A stretch of DNA of 64,000 nucleotides, taken from Klebsormidium nitens. Its lineage: Eukaryota > Plantae > Klebsormidiophyceae. Each line of letters begins with the position of its first letter. The stretch's first letter is position 1. Where the stretch lies: positions 8,782 to 72,781 of the forward strand of contig DF237419.1 of the NCBI GenBank assembly GCA_000708835.1, given 5' to 3'. Positions 12,801-23,500 of this stretch are shown piece after piece. Under the pieces are notes generated by a model, which was not told where the DNA came from, did no database searches, and was given only the letters and a program-made list of their open reading frames with translations. Position numbers and translations under genes: made by a program.

Positions 12801-14023
12801 ACTAAATTACACCATTACCAAGAGCAGATAAAGGCACCGTAAAAGGTCTTGTGGGCTTCTTGAGTAGCATGTTTTCACGTTTGAAGCACTTCACTGTAGC
12901 AGTTCACTACCCTGAACCCGTAAGCTCACTCAACATTAGGATTTCAGCGGAACCAGAGCAAATGTGCTTTACAAACCCTGTCAATGCTGCAGTTCAGTGG
13001 CTGCATTCCAAAATAGATATCGGCAGATACCAAAAGCCGCCAACAGCAAACCAGCACCCACATTCCGATTTACCTGTCCAGAAGCACAATAAGGGCGCCC
13101 TGGTCCAACGCCCTGCCCTTTACCGCTGTCCGCAGCTCTTCCTCAGCCCCCAGTCCCGCATCAGACTCCATAGCAACCGACAACACCTTCCGACCAAGCT
13201 TCGGGCTCCCCTCCTTAGCATTCTCATCCTTGCTCCTGATATCTACGAGGACCGCTCCGTCCTCTTTATTCAACCTCGCAAAGGCCTCGCTGGCACTCAA
13301 GTTCCCAGCATACCCCTTATTCATGCTCAAAAACAGAAGGATAGGGATGGAAACTGCCGCAACCCCTACGGCGACATACAGTGGGTTTGCGCTGAGGGCA
13401 TTCCCAATGTCCCCCGCTTGGGCCTTCCACTCGTCTAAAGACTTGTACCCGTCGATGAGCTCCTGGTCCCAGTAGTCCAGGGCCCACTTCACATCGGGGT
13501 TGTCCGCCCGCAGTTTGCTTAACCACGTCCCCGACTGGATGTCTGCCAGCTGCGCGCCCCAGTCGTCCAGAGACTTGTAACCGTCCTCCAACTCCTTATC
13601 CCAGTAATCGAACGCCCACTTGATGGTGGGGTTGCCCTGTCTCAGGTTTGCAAGCTGTGCCTTCCATTCATCAAGGGACTTGTACCCGTCCTCCAGCTCC
13701 ATATCCCAGTAATCGAGGGCCCACTTCACATCTTTGTTGTTTTCCCTCAAGTCTCCGAGGAATGTACCCAAGGGCAGCGTGGGGATCGCCTGTAAACTCT
13801 CAAAACCCTTAAAACCTGCGGCGGAGCACCTCACGCCAGCCCGCCTCCTGGTCGACTTCCACGAACCCAACCCTTCAGAGGCGCCCAAGCCTACGACCGA
13901 ATCGTGAGGAACTATCCTCTGCGCAGAACATGGCAGTTGCTGGGCTTCTGTAATTCTCCCCCTTGAAAAGGAGGAAGGTACAGCTAGCCCAGAGACCAGC
14001 CGCTGAGCACTGGCGGCCGCCAT
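6878..14023 (-). CDS. STR4: TROL/STR4-like thylakoid rhodanese protein with three N-terminal Trp-rich repeats, a long acidic linker and a C-terminal CBM25 starch-binding domain (~1089 aa)
   Basis: Exons (minus strand): 14023-13074, 12523-12421, 11987-11904, 10877-10794, 10370-10215, 9952-8411, 8018-7830, 7376-7312, 6974-6878. All have GT-AG ends and compatible phases. TROL-like segments: ANPLYVAVGVAAVSIP (TM1), VLVDIRS...GSP, NGGAQGPQGWRESQLPW, LGVAAAAGVSLILFTEAETALQLLGSAAAVQVFVKKLLFAKDRKETIKQVQNFLDTKVAPQELL. The C-terminus ITLLYDSGWDKAFLHF...GSWTELPGV...LQFVVTNGAGDWDTPPYGGNY matches the CBM25 pattern. Confidence 0.85.
12312..12369. repeat. Two tandem 29-bp units, each a small hairpin (GGCTA.CTC...GAGTAGCC), inside a TROL intron
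   Basis: acggctatctcaaatggagtagccggaag followed by acggctatctcaacttgagtagcccgagg. Confidence 0.8.
13418..13759 (-). repeat. Three coding repeats of ~35 aa, consensus L..LR..NP.VKWALDYWD.EL.DGYKSLDEW.AQ
   Basis: Visible in the translation of ORF 13070-14056 (aa ~100-213) and at DNA level, e.g. ccagtaatcgagggcccacttcacatc vs ccagtagtccagggcccacttcacatc. Confidence 0.95.
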
Positions 14024-14560
14024 GGCTTCCCAAGTTGTCGAAGAGAATGTGTGCAAGGTAGCTGTGAATGCTGTTTAATGTCCTTCAGCATCTGATTCTG
14101 GGGCCGGCTGAAGTACCCACTTTGCGGACTTCTTGTCCGCCAATTCCGGTACAATTGATTGCCAGATTTTGCTGCTTGCTGGCATAGGCCGTAGGTATAT
14201 GTTGTCCGAAAGCGCCTTCGGACGCTTTGCTGGACACTATGTAGCGCCAGCCTCCAGGGTACTAGTATCACGAGCAGCCTTTGAGCTTACCGGTATATGC
14301 AAAGTTTCCCCTGAAATCGAAGTTCTTTGCCTTTCTCCCCAGCTTCAATCCCTGGTACAGTCCTTCCCTGGACACCATAACACGCAGCGTGCCTCCTGGT
14401 TTGTAACTTGTAGCTGCTCTTGTAAATGCTCACACTGCAACCTTGGCCAATCCGCTTGACAACTCCCTGTCTCCTGAGCTTAGCTTTGGTTTCTTGTAGC
14501 AGTGGGAGTTCACAAGGAGTTTTGGGAAGCTAGCAATCCTGTTGCACGACACCAGGTCGG

Positions 14561-17500
14561 ATGACGGTCAAGGACGTGCTGAGATGGCGGCTGCCACTCC
14601 TGCTGGCAGTCACGCTGGGGCAGTGTTTGACTGTGAAAGCCCTCGAGAAGGACAGTTTCATGAAGATGGTGAGGGCCAACCTTGTTGCTTTAATTGTCAA
14701 AGCCTCTTGCCTCTGATTGTCTGATGAGTGTGGCGAATGCAGTATTGTGAAGATAACATGGAATATAAAGAAATTGTCACCACGCCAGCGAAGCTGGTTG
14801 TCTGAGGGGCTTGTTGACGGGCGACACATCTGGCAACAGGCTCTCTCTCCTTGCAATAGTCGGGCAATCCCATGGTTGTAAGTAAAGAACAGCTGCGTTT
14901 GCCCCCTTCCTTCAATCCTTATGAAAGGTCAGACCTACTAAACATACCTTATGGGCCCCTGAGTTTCTGACATTTATTGCACTTGTGGCCAGCTTTTCTG
15001 GTCGAAGTCTTTGAAATTCTGAAAGACAAGAAGGCCCATCCCCTGATATTCTCAGAGGAACATCGCCAATCCACATTTACAAGTTGATTGGGAGAGTTTT
15101 CAGGTTGAAGGTGTTGTCCTGGTCCTGTCAAGCTGCTTTTGTCAGGGGCCCGGTGTGTGCAATAAGGATGGCGATGAAATCATTGAGGTCATGGACCTAG
15201 AATAAGCCTGCCTTTGAGAAGCTTTCCAGCACACCTCTGAAAGGCAGTCATCCCGTTCTCGCAGTCCAAGTTGGAAACCCCCGTGCGAAACATTAAGTGG
15301 ATAGGACTCAGCGATCAGGTGAGCGTTTGATATCCCACGTCTTTCCCCCTCTTTTTTCTCCCCTCAATTTGTTGCCCTCTTGCATCAATGAGGGGTAAGC
15401 TTCACCTTCTCAAAAGACTGCACCAGCTTCAACAAGTGTGAATGGCATGTTTGGAACATCAGGACCCTTCGCTGTGTGAAACGCTGCATCAACTCGCTTG
15501 CTGGAATTAAAATCGGTATTTTTTGTTGAAAGCGGGGACATTTGTTGAAGAGAAGTAGATTTTTTATGTGTTGTCTTATCAACAGTGAATGATAGTCACG
15601 AAACACTTGGTGCTTCTGCAACCAGGCCAAGGACTGGTTTTACAGCAGTGGGTGACGAGGTTTATGAATCAATGCAGAAATGCCCGGCAGTGCAATTTGT
15701 TTTGCTTCAAGTATATATAAGTTCACCTTCTCACGCCCAGTAATAAGGTGACCTACTAAAAGATTGTTCGTCTCTTCTTCTCCAGATTGTGTTTGCACTT
15801 ACCGTGACAAACCACCTGTGGCGGAGCGAGGATGGGGGCATCTCTTGGGTGGACCAAACGGCCACAGACAAGGTGAAGCCTCCTACTTGCTTCTGCTTTC
15901 AGTAATTTCGCCAAGATCACTAGTAATCAATCACAGCTTGCACACTCCTGAACTCCAGGTTCCTGCACTGTACTCGATTGGGGTCTCTCGTCACAAGCCC
16001 TCCAGGATATAAAGCTACCTAGAAATGACCAGGACTACCGAGGATTGATTTAGTTGATTCCGACCCCCCACAGACCAGGACGAGACTCTGTTTTCGTACC
16101 TGAATGATTGACCGTTTGCTCTTGCAGTTGCTCAAGGTAATGGACGAAACACGCATCGGGTAAGTCACAAACTTGCACCATGTATGTTGGTCAGTTGGTC
16201 CTTGAACTTGAAGCAAATCTTGCCAAGGTGATGGAAATGTTAATGTGGTGCGCAGTCGCCTCAAACGGAAGTTCTGGCGGGAGGGACTCTTGCGGCGTCA
16301 TCAGCCAGCCATCCACTGCTTTTTCACAATTGCATCTTTTCACCGCTCTTGCAGCAACCTTTCACCCGTGTCCGGAGTTGCCGACATCCTTTTCTCCTGG
16401 GATGCCCCTGAGAAGGTGAGCGGCACCACTTGGAAGTCCGAAATGCAGACACCAAGAAATTCAAAGAAATCCTGCTTTTTCAACTGCGATCGTTCTTCCC
16501 CAAACGTGTAGATCTTGAACTTGATCTACCCACTTTCCAGGATTCAGCCTGTGGCTCTCGTTTCAAAATCTTTCAAGTTCGAAGGTTTTTGTATCTCCAC
16601 GCAGATCTTCTTCCGGGGCTTTGGCAACTTCCACTGGATAACGTCCGACTTTGGTCGCATGTACGAACGGGTGCTGGGGCCAATCGGACAGACCGGAATG
16701 GTCACATGGCGGCAGCACCCGACTGAAACGGAGTGGGTGCGTGCAACATTTCTTTGCAATGTCTGGTTTTCCTGTTTTCCGGAACCGTCGTCTGACGGGT
16801 CGGTCCCATTTTGATTGGACAAAATACTCTCCTTCACTCCTCTGTTTACAAAAAGCTCTGCGGATACTTCATTGATTATGTTTCTCTCTCTCCGTGATAT
16901 CATGGCAGTTCCGGTTTCCCATCCGTCTTGAGTGCTTTGAATCTGGTCCTTCCATGCACTTCAAATCTGTATCCCCTCTCTCTTAATCCCACTTGCTGTC
17001 ATAGAGGCAGGAAGTAATTAAGGAAGTGGTCTTGTCAAGATGACAAATGCTTGATTATAACCGAGGCAGTTCCATGCACAGACATAAGCTAGCAAGATCT
17101 TGAATACAATACACAGACCTTGGTCAAATGTGTGTTACAGCGCTTGGATCCTGTTGCACAGGCGATACTGAGTGATAGGAAAACAAGACGAGGTACGCTG
17201 ATGGGAATCTTGAAAGAAGAAGTTTTGTTTCTGCAGCTTCTGGTTATTGCTGTCAGATGGAGCTGTTGGGGCGCATCAGGGCCGCCCTGCGGAAATGACG
17301 TGAGTCACACTATATCAACTGTAGGATTGCGTAGGATCAAGTTCTACTTGAAAACACTCTAACTGACATGTTCAAAATTATGGCGGAGATGCGAACAAGT
17401 CTCGTCAAAGCAAACGCCGGAGGCTTGTTTGAGTTCAATGAGCGTCTGCTTATCTTCTTTGCCACAGCTGGTAAAGTCGGATCCAAATGTCAATCGCTAG

Positions 17501-20500
17501 ATGCATTCCATCGATTGTGTCAGCACATTGATGTCGCTATTGGACGAATCAACATAGGGCGGGCTTCGCTGATCTCTCTAACCTTGGTGTTCTTCTTTTT
17601 CCAACCATCCTCGAAAGTGAAGCGTGTACGCGCTTGCCTTTTCACCGCGCTAAGACAGCATTTCGTGTGCAGCTTTTCGTGACCAAGGACTTCGGACGCA
17701 CCTGGACCAACCTCACGGACGCTGCCCAGGTAAGGCCGTCCGGACTCTCCGAATGCGTCTTTCCCCGCCTGCAATTGCGTCGGGGTGTGTTCCAGGAAAA
17801 GGCGTGCCTCGCCCGAGCGCTTCCCTCTTCATATTTCACGCCATTGTCGAAGAATACTGGATAAACGTTGCTTAAGTTTCCCGTCGCAAGGACATGCCGG
17901 GTCGCCTCGCAGTCTAAACAGCCTTGCATTGCGCTCCCTGCGGGATACGAAGACGAGTTCACGTCTTTCAAACACACACCATTTTACCAGTGGCGTGGCG
18001 GAATTTTTAGTCCTTTTGGAGCTTCGTCCGACCTGGATGTGGGGAACCCTATCCTCCGACCTTATTCTCCGACCCTACTCTCCGTCCTTATCAAGCCCTT
18101 CGCCTATCTCGATACGATGTACTCTCATACTCGAGTGGGGATAGGTAACCCAACTTATTCAAGACCAGTATTCCTGTCCGGCCGCAGGATCGGATCCTGA
18201 CCTTCGTCGACTTCGACTGGGGCTGGAGCAAGGTCGGGCCGCACCCACCGGGTTACACGAAAGAAACCATCATTGCGAGCGTGTACCAGAATACTGCTGA
18301 CGTCAGGAACCACCTGGCGGGGCGCGGGAGCAACGGGTGGGACCCCTTCACGGACTTCGTCCGCAGCGACGATCTCTTTCGGACGCACCGGACCGTCGTG
18401 CGCTGCGGCGCGCAGTTCGAGGTGGCCAATGGGCTGCTCTTCTTGGTGAGCGCGTTTTGTATGGCTGCGATTGATTTTTTTGGCGAAGTAAGTTTGGTAC
18501 TTTTTGATAAGCGTGGAACGCATTTCGAAGTGGGCCAATGAGCTACTCTTCCCTGGTGAGCTTGGAGTCTCTGTACAGGTGCGTAAGACCATTGTTGAGT
18601 TGTTTTCTGCATTCGCTGTTATGCAAGGTTGCTCAATCTGGACCGACGAAGAGTTGAGGGTGCCAACGTCGAATGGTAAACGTCTCGGTCGTTCCTTCAA
18701 TTCCCCTTGCTTGCTTGTATGATTGCGTGTTTGATTGACTGTTGGAGCGATGGATGCTTAAGCTCTGACCTATTTCTTACTATTGAGAGGCTCCTTCTAG
18801 GTCCTTCGAAACCTGTTTGAAACCCAGCTCCGCTTGTGCTTCGGACATCAGCCTCGCTCCCGCCGCTTATCCTCCGGTATGCGTTTCTGACGATCCCCTT
18901 ACTCCGAAACATCGAACCTTACATCTTTTTAACACCGGCTGTCGTCGTGCTTGACCAGGGCTCGTTGTCACTGAAATCAGTATTCCAATGTTTTTGCCTT
19001 GGAACATCTCCAATTTCTTCAGAGTCTCTTTGCAGGCCGTAGCTGCACATTGTCGGCAGACTGGCCAGGCTGAGCCGCCCCCAAATAACGGCGTCAACCT
19101 TTTCACCAGCAGCGACTATGGCGCAACGTTCACCGAGTCATGCTTCCCAGGTGCGTACGTCACGCTTGCTTACTGTTCGTAGACAAAATCAGCTCCAGCT
19201 TAGAGAATGGTCTCGCATATGTGAACGCTGGAAGGTTGCATCCCACGAACTGACGTTGCTTTCCGATGCAGTCCTTTTCTACTGATCACTCCACACTCCG
19301 TGACACGGACTCCTTTTCCTGATGCTTTTTAACCTGGTCAATTGCCCCTGCCGGGCAGTCAGCGTCTCAACCAGACAGGATATTGCAGAGCTCAGGGGGC
19401 GACTGTGGAGCATCCTCCGCGTTTATTAGATCACTTATTGCTTCTTGTTCTTATTTTTCGCTGACACCCAGAGGACTCCTTTGCTCATTCTTCGTTGTCA
19501 TCTCGTAATTGCTGCTCCTCACCCGCTTCTCCCCTGCTCTCCGCCCACTCACTTTCGTCCTCCGTTCTGCTCCTTCTCCTTCACAGACTTGCACCGCAAT
19601 GAACCGCTAAGCCGGCCCTGCTAACCCTCTTTCGTCTCCCTCCCAAACTCTCTGGGCGACCAGGACTGCAGCGCATCAAAGCCAACAACGAAAAAGTGCT
19701 CTTCTTTCCCTTTCTGATCCGCTAGCCATTCTGCTAAACCTTCTGTCCTCTCCCTCACAGTTTCGCAACATTGAAACTCGATAACGCTGAAATGTCAAAC
19801 CCCCACTCTTCGTTTCCTTTCTATCCGGTAACTTCCTCTGCTAACCCGCTTTTTTCTTCCCCCCAGACTCGCTGGGCGAGCAGGGTTACAGCGTGGTCGA
19901 AGCAAACAACGACACCGTTTTCGTCAACGCCGCGTACTCGCAGCAGGGCCGCACGGGCCTGTACGGCAACCTGTACAGTTCGGACGCCCGCTTTACGCTG
20001 TACGGACTCAGCCTCAAGGACAACCACCGGACGGCGTCCGCAGCGGTTGACTTCATGCGCGTGCAGGGTTTGCCGGGTGGGTATCACATTCTGGTCGGAC
20101 GTTAAACTTGTTTGAATTGCCATTTTCTGGATGTCAGAAAACCTCGTGGTGACGTCATTGAGACGTCGGACGGCTCATCGGCTTTGTAAGGATGGAGGTC
20201 CACGTCAGAGTTGTTTGAATTGCGATTTTTGGATGTCAGCAAAGTGCGTGGTGACGTCATTGAGTTTGCGCATGGCTCATCAGCAGTGTAACGATGTAAG
20301 TTCTCACCAGGATGAGGAGTTCAACTTTGAAGCTTCTGAACTTGTGAAACGCCCTGCAGCGAAGTGTGATAGATGCATTTCTGGTTGCACATCTTATTGC
20401 GATACAGAAAATACTGATTTCCTGTTGTGTTCTTCGAAAAGTTGAAAGGTGGCCCTCTTTCGCACAGGCACATACGTGGTCAATCAGGTTGACTCCGGCA

Positions 20501-23500
20501 ATGGGGGTCGCCTGCCTCCGGGCGCGCCCCATAAGGGCGACTCAAGCGCCCCCAACCTGGTGACGAAAATAAGCTTCAACGGGGGTTCCAGCTGGAGCCT
20601 ACTGACCCCCCCGAATGAGGTGGGTTTGTGGTTTTATCAACCTGGGCTGGTTGGCTGGTATGGGCTTGGTTTGAGAATGGCGCTTCGTGCAATGGCCGGT
20701 GTTCAACTCTCAAATAATATCCCCTTTGGCACGGTATGGTCGGGTCTTTTCTCGAGGACAGACCTTTGTACAATGACTGCTTTTGCGCAGGACAGAAGCG
20801 AAACCCCAGGGAGTTCAGCTTCTTCCGACGTTTGATCGATGATTACTCGAACCTTGCGCTCCTCCGTTTACTTGTACAGAAACGTGGTTATCAGGTTCCT
20901 TACTGCACATTCGCTCAAACCTGGCCGCCTGACCCGTTTTCGATTGGAACCGATCGCAGAATCTGGTCGAATTTGCAGAACGTGGGCCGGTCGATGGTAG
21001 CATTCCGGTGATCGAAGGGTTCAAGTTCTACGCATCGGGCAAAGTTCTGCGATCGGCTCAAATCAGACTCGGGTCTGGCGGCCAGGTTTGACCGAATGTG
21101 CAATATCCAGCACGGGAATTTGAGCACGAAGTGCACAAACTGATCGCGACCACGGCGGATTTCTGAAGTACGAAAGTTTGCGGTAACATCAGGTGTGGCT
21201 CCATGGGGAAGTTTCCATCAACCCCTGACCCGGTTCTCCACAAACGTAGGCTCCAGACTGAAGAGCTAACACAACCCAAAACGCATTAAGGTGTGAATAG
21301 GACCTTTCCTTCCTGCAGGACTCCAGTGGTGTGCCCATTGTGTGCCCCGGTTGTACGCTCCACTTGCACGGCGCGAGCTCCTGGCAGGGCAGCGGCAACA
21401 TGCCGGGCTTCGCGTTCGTGTATTCACACCCGTCCGCGCCCGGCGTGCTCATGGGAACCGGGAACGTCGGCCAGTATTTGTACCAGGTCAGGGGGCTTCT
21501 TCTCGATTCCCAGACATCTCGTGTGCTTTGCCGTCGACTTCAACATTGTCTGCACTGCCTATGGGTGGGGAAGAGAAATTGTGTGCCAGCCAAACCAAGA
21601 ATCCCCACCTACAGGCAGTGCCCCATCAGCAGCCCACACAGAGCCTGCTCATACAGCGGACGGGACAGATTATGGCTCGCACACTGAAAACCAGCTCGTA
21701 AAACTCCTTTTGTTTGTCTCAATGTCTCATGTGCTTTGAATTATATCTCGTCTGCGTCGTTATCGTCTGCTTGATTTCGATGGTGCTAAAGACTGCGAGA
21801 GAACGAGGCGGGAAAGCTTCCGAGGGCGACTGTCGCCTCGTTGGAATTGACGGAAAGGGGCCGGTAGATTTCACCAGGCCGAAGGTCGTTCTTCAATTCA
21901 GCGGAAGAAGTTCTTGAGACTCGTTAACACTTCGTAGTGGTACGGAGTTCCTGTGCCCCCGTTTCGAATCTATTATTATACCCCACTTGAGTCAGATTTG
22001 TTCACAGTAAGACACCCTAGGCAGGGGTTTCCCAAGGATCAAACGGACAAAACGGACTCGAAGTTTCAATAATAACTTTTGAGCTTCTCATTGCTGTACT
22101 CAAACAAAGAATGGGACGCTTTGCTATCCTTTTCAAGTACGTCTTCTCCAATCTGAGAGCATGGAATGCAAAAGCCGCTCAAAAAGAGTGAGCCGCTTCC
22201 AACCTTTGAATGACGCTTTTGCAGAACGGGGAGGTGAACACGTACGTGTCGGGGGATGCGGGGCGCACGTGGATTGAGGTTGCGCGGGGTGCCCACATCT
22301 ACGAGTACGGCGACTATGGCGGGATCATTGTAATGACCAAGCACTATCTCAACGGGCCCACTAACGAGGTCATGTGAGTCAGGCCGCAAAACTTACATTT
22401 CGGCGCGGCTGTTCGATGACAATACATCCCTCTTTTTCGCTGCGGGCAGTGGGACTTGTATTCTGACTGGGCCTGACAGGTCACCGGCGTTTTAAAATGC
22501 CGGACCTTTTCAACAAGAAGAATTTTGTGGTAAGCGTCAGCTCCTGCAGATCTTGTGAGCAGTCAAAGTCTGTCCAACCATCGACAGGATCCACCACGTT
22601 CTAACAGTTCTAGAGGACCATGATTCCATTCCAGTCTCGTCGCGCAGAAGCCTGTTTCATTTCCGGTCTTTCGTGACTTCAGGTCCTCTGCCAGGGTTCT
22701 CAAGCAAGGCAGGCACACCCTCAGAACTACGTTATGCAGACAAGTTTCCACTGGGTTATATAAGTCTATAAGAAATACATCCCTCTCTCTTCAGAACACC
22801 ATTACTAGGTCGAATGCAAATGCCAGTTGTTTGCGCAATCTGCATCAGGGCTCTCGTCCCCATTTCGGCCGAGCTGGTCTCCCCAGTTTTACTCCTAGTT
22901 CCAAAGGCATGCTGCTGCTTCTTACGAGCTATCTGGAACCCAGCAGTTTCATCTGACATGAAGTCCCCGGGTGGTCTTCCCCAGGAACTCAGTTGACGAG
23001 GGATTAGGCACCCACTTGCGGACTCCCTGAATGCACGCTTGAACTCCCGTACTCCGCCGAGCAAGCGCTTCCGAGTCTTCTGATCCTACTTCCGTTTTCC
23101 AGTAACCATAACCTCAATCCGAGTTAGTTCTCGTAACCCTGCAGACTCGTTCTTTTTTAACCAACTCCGAGTCTCCGGTTGGTCTTCCCCAGGTTCTCGC
23201 TCGACGAGGGCATCAGCTGGGAGGTCTCCCAGTTCGCAGAACTCCCGTTTGCGCTATTGAAGCCCCGTAGCAAGCGCTTCCGACTCTTCTAGTTCTACTT
23301 CCAGTTCCCAGCCACTCTCGATTGTCCATTTTTTCAAATCCAGCAAACTCGTACCTTTTCATGTTGCTGACTTCAAGTCCCCGGTTGTCTCCCCCAGGTA
23401 CTCCCTTGACGAGGGCTCAGCTGGGAGATCTCTCAGTTCCCGATTGCGCCGCTGGACCTCCATACCTTACCAAACAAGCGCTTCTTGGATGTTTTCGTCT

